A stretch of DNA of 61,213 bases from Cytophagales bacterium (GCA_024232835.1 JAAEPI010000323.1:1-61213), one strand, 5' to 3'. Counted from the stretch's first letter, positions 38,860-47,671 are shown. Translations and numbers: made by a program. The notes: generated by a model not told the origin, from the letters alone.

Positions 38860-39159
38860 ATGTACGGCCTCTCAGATCAAAATATTACAGATATTAGTCA
38901 TTGTTTTGCCATTCAAGACAATGTAGAAGAAGTGTGGCTTTATGGCTCAAGAGCCAAAGGCAACTTCAGACCAGGATCGGATGTGGATCTAACGATCAAA
39001 GGGAAGTCACTTGCATTGACAGATTTATATCGTATTGAAAATGCCTTGGATGATCTGCTCTTGCCGTACACATTTGACTTGTCATTATATCATCAGATTG
39101 ATAATAAAGACCTGCTTGCACATATAGAACGAGTAGGCAAGGTGTTTTACAAGAGGTAG
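38860..39159 (+). CDS. HI0073-type nucleotidyltransferase (MNT)
   Basis: 99-aa ORF with LYGSRAKGNFRPGSDVDLTI, 5 nt after the HEPN gene. Confidence 0.85.
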   Translation: MYGLSDQNITDISHCFAIQDNVEEVWLYGSRAKGNFRPGSDVDLTIKGKSLALTDLYRIENALDDLLLPYTFDLSLYHQIDNKDLLAHIERVGKVFYKR

Positions 39160-39317
39160 ATTCTCAACCATTAACTTCTATTATCCATACTGAAGTTTGA
39201 AAGTAGAAAAATCAAATTTCAATTTCCCTTTTTATAGAAGTCAATAATCATTGATTCATACTGAAGAACCAACTCTTCCAGCTTCTTGTTTTTCGTCTGC
39301 ACTCACCTTCCTTTTGG

Positions 39318-39524
39318 CTATCCGTGACTATCCTTAATGACCTTGTCAAACTGGGTCCAGTTTAGGGATATGGAATTGCTGGTACTCTTTGGTTGCCAGT
39401 CAATACCTCCTTTCGAAACCTTTAATGTTCCGTGCTTTTTACCATCTTGGTGAACATCAATGATCACATCCGAATTCGCAATCTCAGTGGATGGTAAGGA
39501 TAATTTTAGACTGTGTTTTGGCAT
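39318..39524 (-). CDS. small hypothetical protein downstream of the methyltransferase
   Basis: 68-aa ORF on the same strand, starting 29 nt after the methyltransferase stop. Beta-rich with no recognised motif. Confidence 0.4.
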   Translation of the reverse strand: MPKHSLKLSLPSTEIANSDVIIDVHQDGKKHGTLKVSKGGIDWQPKSTSNSISLNWTQFDKVIKDSHG

Positions 39525-39553
39525 GATTTAATTTGGTTAATAATGATACATAA

Positions 39554-42500
39554 TTAGCTTTTTTCTCTCTCCATCTCCCCGATAATCTTCATGGTCTCTA
39601 CACTCACCGTGCAGACACGTTCGAGAAGGTTGATCACATGTTCTTTGTAGTCGGCGAAGCGATAGGTATTGAACTTCTCGGCGATGGTTTTGTCTTTTGG
39701 TTTCTTTTCCTTGTATTGATCCAGTATCCACTCCAGCGCAGAGCGATTGCCTAGCTTGTAATCCCAAGCTTCTGAGGGTATGCCACCAAGACTTGTTTGC
39801 TCATCCAGCACTATGATACCAGTTTCTTCATCTGCCTTGAGTTTTACTTTGAGCTTTCCTTTGGCGTCATTGCGAGCCCCTGCAAGGGGCGAAGCAATCT
39901 CTTTTTTGGAGGCAGATTGCTTCACTTCGTTCGCAATGACGGATAGAGCAAACGGCTCCACCTCTTCATAACCAATATGCAACTCCATGAGCGCTTTGCC
40001 CCACTTAACCCACTGGTAGAAGTCTTCATAGTAGGGCAACCGTGGAAACTCCCGTTTTAGATTCAGCGCATACTTCTCCCGATAAGCAGGATTGTGCAGC
40101 ACACCGTAGGTATAATGGAAGATGTCTTCTTTGGTGATGTCTCCATTCCGCACTTGTTGCGGAATCCCCTTCTTCTTGGGAGACTTCTCGCTGACGGTAT
40201 AGTGAGCTTGAAACTGCTCTAAGCCCCAGTCGGTAGTGTTGTCGTGGCGAGTGCCATCAGAAAAGTAGCGGTACAGTGGGAGGCATTGGGAATCACCAGT
40301 CAGATGCAATTCCATTAAAAAATCGGAAGCTAAACACTGAAAACCCTTAACCTGAGAAATTGCACTCACGGCTATAGACAGATTTTCACCCGACGTTTTC
40401 AGAGGAAAAATATTACCAAAAGAATAGAGTCTATCAAAAAGGTCCGTGTCGTAATAGACATTCATTTTGACGAAGGGTCTCCATAATATTGGCCTTAACC
40501 TTTCTAACTGATAATTCAGCTTCACACCCTTTTTCAAAGATCGGATCAACCCTTCAGTCCATTTGATGGTCTTGCTGAGGTTCTTAGAATGCCCTAAATT
40601 TTCATTATAGATTCCATGAAAAAATTGTATCTTCTTTTCAAGATTTTTTCGATTTTTATCATACACCCACTCGTCTCTTCCACTTCTAATTCCGAGTGAA
40701 AACTCTTTAAAAACAGACATTTCATGTTTTCCTGTTTTTACCATTTTATCCATCAACGGCACCAATTCTTCCCAGTCATTGTCGACTAGATTAATCCAGT
40801 TATTTTTTCTCGGAGCGATGTGTTCAAAAGCGATTTCGGAGAACTGCTTATTTTTGATCCATTCCAGTTTTACTTCTTTGCGCCAGTCGTCTTCTATTTC
40901 TCCATTGTAGTAGATCTGGCAGGGTAGCTGCTCGTCTTTGCGAGTCCCTACGGGGGACGAAGCAATCTCTTTCTTGGAGGTAGATTGCTGTGCTGCGCTC
41001 GCAATGACGGCTTGCTTTTTCACCAAAAACATCATCGCTACACCCGTCTGTATGCCGAATACATTGTGGGTGGTGCCCGCTATTCTGGGGTTGGCTCGTA
41101 CGTCACTTTTAGTATCCACCACATAGCAGTAATCAAAGTCCTCTTGAATACATTTTCTGAATCCGTCAAACGTGCGGCTGTCTATAAAACTGCGGTTGGT
41201 GATAAAACTCACGATACCATTCTGATCCACCCTATCCATCGCCCAGCGATAAAAACGGGTGTACATATCATAAACTACAATCTGATTTTGAGCAGAACCA
41301 TACTTTATATAGGTATCCTTTATGCGTTGATCCACTCGCTTGTAGGCACGATTTGAGTTCTGGTAATTGTAGTTTTCCTGCTTCGCATTGTAAGGGGGAT
41401 TCCCGATTACGACAGATATTTTTTGTTTATTCTGCCTTTTGATCCGTTCAGCATTCTCACTGCTAATTCCTCCAAACATATCTATCTGCACGCCCTGATC
41501 TTTGCTCATCCTGTCCCAGCTCAATGAGGCCGTGTTGTCTAGCGTATCTACAAAGCAGATGTTGGGAAATTCGGCATACTTGCCCATCTTTTGTTTGTAG
41601 GTAAACTCTATGTTGAGATTGGCCACATAATAGGGGAGTATGGCTACTTCATTCGCATGAATTTCATGCTGGTACTTGTGCTCAAGATATTGCTCGGGGA
41701 TGTATTCGATAATATCAGTTATGAATGTCCCTGTCCCTGTTGCCGGATCAAGAATATGTACGTTTTCGTCATGCAGGTTCCTTCCGAAATGTTTTTCCAG
41801 CAAGTAATCCGTACTTCGGATCATAAAGTCTACGATCTCATTGGGCGTATAAACTACACCGAGTCTGTCTGCACCTTTTGGGTTGTAGACTTTGTAGAAG
41901 TTTTCATAAACCACCTTTAGGAACTTCTGCTTTTCGTGATGGTCGGCTACTGTGGATGCTTGTGCATTGAGTGTTTTGTAATAGTGCCCTAGTTCGCCTA
42001 GTTGATTTTGGCGGACTTCACGATTCATGAAGGTATTAACCAATCGCTCCAGTTCGTGTGCTATGTTGTTTTCGTGATGAAAATCCGACTCATCGAAAAC
42101 CGATTTGAACAAATCCTCAGTAAGAATGTGCTGAATCACCATCTCCCGAATATCTTCGATGGTGATCGCCGGGTTGATTTCCTGCTTACACATTTCCCAG
42201 AATTCGTCACGGGCTTTGGTGTAGGTGCTGTTGGTTTTGTTTTGCTCGGCTATTAACGTTCTGAGCGTTTCCACTATGGTAGGAATGTCTTCTTTGAATC
42301 CCCGAAGTGCCTCTTCAAAATTTTCGAGGTATTTTGGTTTGTAGTCAATAAAGGACTTCAAGATACGCTGGAGGCTATCACCATCTTGCATGGAAATGCG
42401 TTGTACCTCTTCTCCGTTTTGAATCAAGACGGCTGTCTCACTATCTTGGAAAAGGATATTTGAGTTCGGATATCCGTCTTTGTATAGTTTTTTCTCAATT

Positions 42501-42766
42501 TCCTGATCAATCGAATCTCCTGTGTCTTTGCTTTCTATAAAACCCTTATGAATTCGAAGTTCATTCATGAGAATACCATCTGGACGGATATTCTTGCCGG
42601 TTTCATTTTTGATGGTGACTTCCAAGGCATAGACGTAGTGCTTGGAAAATGCCATTTGCTGCATGAGGGTATCAAACGGCTGTTTGATTGTCATCTCATT
42701 AGAATGCCCCGTCCTTCTCAGCGACTGAAGGTGAGTATAGTACTGGTTAATGAGTTGGTTCGACAC
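39554..42766 (-). CDS. N6-adenine DNA methyltransferase with Type ISP-like C-terminal domain, possible Type IIG restriction-modification fusion
   Basis: 1070-aa ORF. Motif I ILDPATGTGTFI precedes motif IV VVIGNPPYNAKQ (gamma order). The C-terminus NRSALEWILDQYKEKKPKD resembles the Type ISP/YeeA-like specificity domain. The N-terminus has a PD-(D/E)xK-like pattern, IRPDG...GFIESKD. Confidence 0.75.
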   Translation of the reverse strand: MSNQLINQYYTHLQSLRRTGHSNEMTIKQPFDTLMQQMAFSKHYVYALEVTIKNETGKNIRPDGILMNELRIHKGFIESKDTGDSIDQEIEKKLYKDGYPNSNILFQDSETAVLIQNGEEVQRISMQDGDSLQRILKSFIDYKPKYLENFEEALRGFKEDIPTIVETLRTLIAEQNKTNSTYTKARDEFWEMCKQEINPAITIEDIREMVIQHILTEDLFKSVFDESDFHHENNIAHELERLVNTFMNREVRQNQLGELGHYYKTLNAQASTVADHHEKQKFLKVVYENFYKVYNPKGADRLGVVYTPNEIVDFMIRSTDYLLEKHFGRNLHDENVHILDPATGTGTFITDIIEYIPEQYLEHKYQHEIHANEVAILPYYVANLNIEFTYKQKMGKYAEFPNICFVDTLDNTASLSWDRMSKDQGVQIDMFGGISSENAERIKRQNKQKISVVIGNPPYNAKQENYNYQNSNRAYKRVDQRIKDTYIKYGSAQNQIVVYDMYTRFYRWAMDRVDQNGIVSFITNRSFIDSRTFDGFRKCIQEDFDYCYVVDTKSDVRANPRIAGTTHNVFGIQTGVAMMFLVKKQAVIASAAQQSTSKKEIASSPVGTRKDEQLPCQIYYNGEIEDDWRKEVKLEWIKNKQFSEIAFEHIAPRKNNWINLVDNDWEELVPLMDKMVKTGKHEMSVFKEFSLGIRSGRDEWVYDKNRKNLEKKIQFFHGIYNENLGHSKNLSKTIKWTEGLIRSLKKGVKLNYQLERLRPILWRPFVKMNVYYDTDLFDRLYSFGNIFPLKTSGENLSIAVSAISQVKGFQCLASDFLMELHLTGDSQCLPLYRYFSDGTRHDNTTDWGLEQFQAHYTVSEKSPKKKGIPQQVRNGDITKEDIFHYTYGVLHNPAYREKYALNLKREFPRLPYYEDFYQWVKWGKALMELHIGYEEVEPFALSVIANEVKQSASKKEIASPLAGARNDAKGKLKVKLKADEETGIIVLDEQTSLGGIPSEAWDYKLGNRSALEWILDQYKEKKPKDKTIAEKFNTYRFADYKEHVINLLERVCTVSVETMKIIGEMEREKS
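39865..39941. repeat. 77-bp nested-palindrome element, copy A, in frame inside the methyltransferase ORF
   Basis: Outer 11-bp inverted repeat CGTCATTGCGA...TCGCAATGACG (perfect). Inner stems GCCCCT-GCA-AGGGGC and GAAGCAATCT...AGATTGCTTC. Encodes VIANEVKQSASKKEIASPLAGARND. Confidence 0.8.
40933..41009. repeat. 77-bp nested-palindrome element, copy B, in frame inside the methyltransferase ORF
   Basis: CGTCTTTGCGAG...CGAAGCAATCTCTTTCTTGGAGGTAGATTGCT...CTCGCAATGACG. Same orientation and codon phase as copy A. Encodes VIASAAQQSTSKKEIASSPVGTRKD. Confidence 0.8.
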
Positions 42767-42891
42767 AAAAGCTAAAATATGAAGAAATCACCGTAATAGT
42801 TTAGTCCTTATCCGTTGCGTGGATGATTGCGTATAAATAAATAGAAAAATGCTTCCACAGAAGTGTTCGTAACAAAAAACAATAACCTAAA

Positions 42892-45177
42892 TCATTTAGT
42901 ATTTTTCAATACCTGCCCAATCCGGGCAACCACTGTTTCTGCATTCTCCTTTGTGAAACAAAGAGGAGGCTTGGTCTTCAGCACATTATCGAATGGGCCA
43001 TCAGTGCCAATTAGAATATGTTGATTTCGAAGTTCGTTCTTGATGTGATTGGCTAATTCTACATCAGGTTCTTTAGTGATCGGATCTACTACAATTTCTA
43101 CTCCGATGAACAGTCCGGAACCTCGTACATCTCCAATACAAGCATGCTCATTTTGGAGATCCTTGAAGAGCTTTTGGTAATAATCGCCAACCTCTTTTGC
43201 ATTCTTCTGTAGCTCTTCCTTTTCAATTACATTCAAAACAGACAGACCAATGGAACAAGACACTGGGTTGCCTCCAAACGAACTAAAAAACTCCACTCCT
43301 TTGCCAAATGACTCTGCGATTGCAGTGGTGGTGATAACTGCTCCGATCGGGTGACCATTTCCCATAGGTTTACCAAGAATCACAATATCTGGAACCACGT
43401 CTTGCATTTCATAGCCCCAAAAGTGATCACCCAAACGACCGAAACCGGTTTGAACCTCATCGCTGATACAAATACCTCCTTGCTTCCGAACTTCTGGGTA
43501 TAGCTCCTTGAGGTATCCAGATGCCAAGGGAATTTGTCCGCCACAACCAACAATTGGCTCGCTGATAAAAGCGGCGATTGCACCATTCGCATTTCTCAAT
43601 TGATTGATGGCTTCTTTGGCATATAATTTCCCAGCTGTTCCGTAATCAAAGTTGTATTTACCCCTATATTCATCAGGAATTGGGGTTTTTAGAATATGTT
43701 CCTTTTTACCTTGGCCAAGCTCATTGCTGAATTTGTAGTCACTAATGTCTATTGCATTTTGTGTGTTGCCATGGTATCCGTGCTCCATTACCATGAATTG
43801 TTGATTGTCGGTGTGAGCTTGTGCCAGCCTAAGTGCAAGGTCAGTTGCGGAACTTCCCGAATTCACAAAATAAACTTTGTCTAAGGAAGGTGGGAATTTG
43901 GACAATAGTTTTTCTGCATATGCCCCCAATGGATCATATAAATATCTAGTATTTGTATTTAGCTTGGCCATTTGTCGTTGACCTGCTTCAACCACTTTAG
44001 GATGAGAATGCCCCACATGCGGTATGTTATTGTAAGCATCCAGGTAGGTATTGCCATAGACATCATACATATATTGAAATGCCGAACGATTCATGTAGAT
44101 CGGTTGGGAATAGCTCAAAGACACTATCGGACTAATTGATTCTTGTCTTTTTTGAATCATCTGATCGGTAGACATGGGAGTCACAACAGAATATCCAGCA
44201 GCTTCTCGAAAGCGATTTTCAGCCTCCACCGGATTAATTGTGATCCATTGGTGCATCAATCCTACTATGGATTCCTCGCTGCTGAAAGCATAGGTATTTT
44301 CAGGATATAATTTCCTTGAGTGCGAGGAACCACAAACGCTGATACATAATCTGGCAACTATCAAGTAATACAAAACCGACAGCTCGACTTCCAGAACAGG
44401 CAATACCTTGTGATATGCACGAATGATTTCTTGTGCCCATTCTAACGGATCTTCTTTGCCATAACAAGCATACGCAATGGATACGGCTAATTCATTAATT
44501 AAATAGGAGTGAGCCAAATCTCCAAAATCAATTATTCCAGTTACCTGATCTCCTGAAACCAGCAAATTCCATTCGTTCGCGTCATTGTGAATAATATTCT
44601 TTCGAAGCTTGGGTAGTATCGGTACCACGTTTTCTTCAAACTGCTGAAAATAGTACTCGACCAGTCGCTGATTCTTATGATCAGAGATGTCTTGAATTAA
44701 TTCCTTATTGAGATAAAGGCTCTTGATATCCCATGCCCATTCCCTTGCTTGGATAGTGTGATTCGTAATGGATTGAAACTGCAAATCCATATTGGCCAGA
44801 AAGGTGCCAAGAGATTGATACAATGAGATTGAAGGAGTCGCATCACCTAGTAGATCGCCCTCCAGATAGGAGAGCATACGACAAATAGTAGGCTGTCCTG
44901 TAACTGCAAGCTGTTTAACGAAACGACCATCGCAGAATGGAATTGGGGAAGGAAACGCGGAATGGCTACTATTTTGGAGATGAGCCAGTACCTCATTTTC
45001 GGCCAGAATAAGAGTTAATTGGTCTGGATCATCTGAATATGTTTTGAAAATAAATTTTTCTCCTTCGTTTTCGATGAGGTAATTGAAGTTATCATAGCCG
45101 TTTAATTTTTTGATCTCTGGATGTAGAAATCCGAATCCCTCTTGCAACAGAATCTTTATTTCACTCAAGTGGCTCAT
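42892..45177 (-). CDS. fused APH-like kinase / class-III PLP aminotransferase-fold enzyme
   Basis: 761-aa ORF. The N-terminal half has kinase motifs IIHNDANEWNLLV and IDFGD. The C-terminal half has SDEVQTGFGRLG and the PLP-lysine region LGKPMGNGHPIG. Confidence 0.8.
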   Translation of the reverse strand: MSHLSEIKILLQEGFGFLHPEIKKLNGYDNFNYLIENEGEKFIFKTYSDDPDQLTLILAENEVLAHLQNSSHSAFPSPIPFCDGRFVKQLAVTGQPTICRMLSYLEGDLLGDATPSISLYQSLGTFLANMDLQFQSITNHTIQAREWAWDIKSLYLNKELIQDISDHKNQRLVEYYFQQFEENVVPILPKLRKNIIHNDANEWNLLVSGDQVTGIIDFGDLAHSYLINELAVSIAYACYGKEDPLEWAQEIIRAYHKVLPVLEVELSVLYYLIVARLCISVCGSSHSRKLYPENTYAFSSEESIVGLMHQWITINPVEAENRFREAAGYSVVTPMSTDQMIQKRQESISPIVSLSYSQPIYMNRSAFQYMYDVYGNTYLDAYNNIPHVGHSHPKVVEAGQRQMAKLNTNTRYLYDPLGAYAEKLLSKFPPSLDKVYFVNSGSSATDLALRLAQAHTDNQQFMVMEHGYHGNTQNAIDISDYKFSNELGQGKKEHILKTPIPDEYRGKYNFDYGTAGKLYAKEAINQLRNANGAIAAFISEPIVGCGGQIPLASGYLKELYPEVRKQGGICISDEVQTGFGRLGDHFWGYEMQDVVPDIVILGKPMGNGHPIGAVITTTAIAESFGKGVEFFSSFGGNPVSCSIGLSVLNVIEKEELQKNAKEVGDYYQKLFKDLQNEHACIGDVRGSGLFIGVEIVVDPITKEPDVELANHIKNELRNQHILIGTDGPFDNVLKTKPPLCFTKENAETVVARIGQVLKNTK

Positions 45178-45815
45178 TTGCGTGCATGAAGATTCAGAAG
45201 CTCAATGTGAAGCTTCTCTGGGAGAGCAGTTTCATTCTCGAGTTTGGTTATTAATCCATTATTTGGGTCTGAGGTGAATCGCATTTTGAAAACTTCGGCA
45301 ATGGACAGTTCATTGGGGCTTTCCTCAAGTAGAATAAACTCATCTCCGGCATTTACTTCGCCTTCTTCTAATACGCCAATATAGCTACCACAAAACGTTG
45401 TATTTATGAATTTCTTTAAAATCCCCTGATCGCCCATTTTGAATCCAAATTTATAGCATGGTTGGCGTGGTTCTGTAATCACGATTTTCGCACTACCGAC
45501 TTGATAGACATTGCCGATATAGAGGGTAGTTTCGTCTAGCCCCTCAACAGTCAGATTTTCACCAAACATACCAAGATGCCATTCTTGATTGGGGTAGATG
45601 TTTTTCCAATAGGGATAATGATCTGCTGAATATAGGTAGCAAGCTTTGGCTGGGCCGGCATGCACCACTCGCTCGATTACAACATCTCCAACCACATCGG
45701 TTTTACCAAGATGGATAGGATGATCGACGGGCTTTTTATTGATGCCGGTGAACTTTTCTTCGCCGTTCCATTGAAAGGAGGTTCGCTTACCAATATTTGT
45801 GGAAATGACCTTCAT
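45174..45815 (-). CDS. MOSC domain-containing protein
   Basis: 213-aa ORF with GENLTVEGLDE and RQPCYKFG motifs. It overlaps the downstream fusion gene by 4 nt. Confidence 0.8.
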   Translation of the reverse strand: MKVISTNIGKRTSFQWNGEEKFTGINKKPVDHPIHLGKTDVVGDVVIERVVHAGPAKACYLYSADHYPYWKNIYPNQEWHLGMFGENLTVEGLDETTLYIGNVYQVGSAKIVITEPRQPCYKFGFKMGDQGILKKFINTTFCGSYIGVLEEGEVNAGDEFILLEESPNELSIAEVFKMRFTSDPNNGLITKLENETALPEKLHIELLNLHARK

Positions 45816-45862
45816 GGTTCGAATTTAGTAATTCCAGATTACTTCTCCCGATTAGATCAGGA

Positions 45863-45915
45863 TCGCAATGACAGGAAAGTTTATGTCATTGCGAGGAGGA
45901 ACGACGAAGCAGTCT
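45863..45915. repeat. partial, rearranged copy C of the palindromic element (intergenic)
   Basis: TCGCAATGACA-10 nt-TGTCATTGCGA followed by GGAGGAACGACGAAGCAGTCT. It shares the GTCATTGCGAG and CGAAGCA-TCT blocks with copies A and B. Confidence 0.65.
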
Positions 45916-45920
45916 AAAAC

Positions 45921-46712
45921 TTAATTATTCCATTTCTTTAAATGATCACTGATAAAGTCGATCACTTGTTCATGTTCGGTTTTACCTGCTCCTTCGATCT
46001 TGAAAGGTTCACCGAACTGAATATAAATTGGGAGCTTCCGATTAATCCCCCCCAAGTCTTTTACCACAGTTCCGTTTTTCCAAAAATCAGTTTTGATAGC
46101 TATGGGTACCACGTGTGCTTTGGCCTTTTTGGCAAGCTTAATTCCAAGTTTGTTGAATTGACCAGGATCAAAATCCACCACACGTTTGCTTTGAGGGAAA
46201 ACCACCACTGACTTTCCATTTTCTAAATGCTCAACGCCATCAGTCATTACTTTTTTGAAATCGGCAACAGGATCATGACGTGCAACCGTAATTGGATTTC
46301 GCACTCTCATAACTGGCCCAAATAACCAGTGACTCACCAAACTTTCTTTCACGACAAAAGTGACTGGACGTCTGGAGGCTAATATCCCTGGGAAAATCAT
46401 TGTTTCCATCGTGCCCATGTGATTGCTAATGAAAACTACTGGATCGTCCGTTTTGTTGATGTTGTTGAGTCCTTCAATGTGAAATTTTCCCCCGCAATTT
46501 TCTATTAATTGGAAGATATTCATTGATTCAGTGGCCCATTTATATCTATCGAATTTCCCAGCCAGTGCCACTTTTCTATTCATCATCAACTGAGTAAGGA
46601 ACTTTGCATTGAAAAAGGCAGAAGTGCCCAATGCCGCTTTATCGCCAAAATCTCGTGGATGATTTTTGTCTGTATAATATGAATCGGTGTGAATGAAGTT
46701 GTCAGTTGGCAT
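45921..46712 (-). CDS. lysophospholipid (1-acylglycerol-3-phosphate-type) acyltransferase
   Basis: 263-aa ORF with an H-x4-[DE] motif (FISNHMGTMET) and VVVFPQSKR. Confidence 0.7.
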   Translation of the reverse strand: MPTDNFIHTDSYYTDKNHPRDFGDKAALGTSAFFNAKFLTQLMMNRKVALAGKFDRYKWATESMNIFQLIENCGGKFHIEGLNNINKTDDPVVFISNHMGTMETMIFPGILASRRPVTFVVKESLVSHWLFGPVMRVRNPITVARHDPVADFKKVMTDGVEHLENGKSVVVFPQSKRVVDFDPGQFNKLGIKLAKKAKAHVVPIAIKTDFWKNGTVVKDLGGINRKLPIYIQFGEPFKIEGAGKTEHEQVIDFISDHLKKWNN

Positions 46713-46848
46713 TCTGATAATAGGTGATTGGGGTGTAAAGTAATTTGAAATTACTGAGAGTTAAGGAATTAGATTCCAAATGAATTGATCGTTGATTTCG
46801 TGAGTTGCTCGTTTCCACCTTAGCGGTGGAGTCTCATATGTTTTAGGC

Positions 46849-47328
46849 CTATCCCTCTACCCTATACCACGTTTGAGTTCTAAAGAAGAAAGCTAGCCAG
46901 CCCCTCACTTTTAAGGTATTTCCTTTCTCGTCATCATCCTCCAACCACATGGTGCAGGTGTAGATTTTCCCATTTTCCGGATCCATTATTTTACCATTAC
47001 TCCATTTGTCCGAGCCTTTCTCCATTGCCCAGAGGATATCCAAGCCCATGATTGGTTGATCCTTACCTTTTCCTTCTGGACATTCGTCACACAATATGTC
47101 TTCGTAGCGCTCTTTTCCGCTATCCTTCAGCGCATCTGGATCAAGGATTTCAAGTACCCGTCCATAGTAAAGCTTGTCCTTTTTGAAGACCTCAACAGTA
47201 GATTTGGTGATGCCCGTTTCGTCATCAATGGTTTTCCATACACCCAGACAGTCTTTTTCGTTGATTGAGACTTGTGCTGAGAGGGTGAGTGAAAATATCA
47301 AAAAAGCTGGGTATAGGATTTTTTCCAT
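46849..47328 (-). CDS. DUF2147 domain-containing protein
   Basis: 159-aa ORF with a signal peptide. GVWKTIDDETG...LYYGRVLEI...DPENGKIYTCTMWL...LKVRGW is typical of DUF2147. Confidence 0.8.
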   Translation of the reverse strand: MEKILYPAFLIFSLTLSAQVSINEKDCLGVWKTIDDETGITKSTVEVFKKDKLYYGRVLEILDPDALKDSGKERYEDILCDECPEGKGKDQPIMGLDILWAMEKGSDKWSNGKIMDPENGKIYTCTMWLEDDDEKGNTLKVRGWLAFFFRTQTWYRVEG

Positions 47329-47494
47329 GCCCTAATATACCTGATTCCAGAGAGACAACAGAGCTTCAGAAATAGTCCATTAGGAGACAGTTTTTCTGAT
47401 ACTGTCTAACTTGTTAAGTTCTGAAGTTTACTTTTTCTTTTTGGTACGTGGCTTATTCCTGAGGGCGTTTCTAGCTGTTACCCTAGTTGTGTTG

Positions 47495-47671
47495 TTTCGT
47501 ATGATGAAAACTAAACAGAAGGTATCAGGATGTTTTAGAAGCCAACAGGGCGGAGAATGTTTTGCTCGAATAAGAGGCTTTATTGCTACGCTTGGAAAAC
47601 AAAATAGAGAAATCCTAGTTGGTCTTCAGCAAATTTTTCTCTATGATGAGGTAATCACCATAGCTGAATAG
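47495..47671 (+). mobile_element. C-terminal remnant of an IS66-family transposase
   Basis: FRMMKTKQKVSGCFRSQQGGECFARIRGFIATLGKQNREILVGLQQIF matches the conserved tail (R-M-x-K-V-x-Q-K-V-S-G-x-F-R-S...IR-x-Y-I-S-T) recalled for one IS66 subgroup. No upstream DDE domain is present. Confidence 0.45.
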
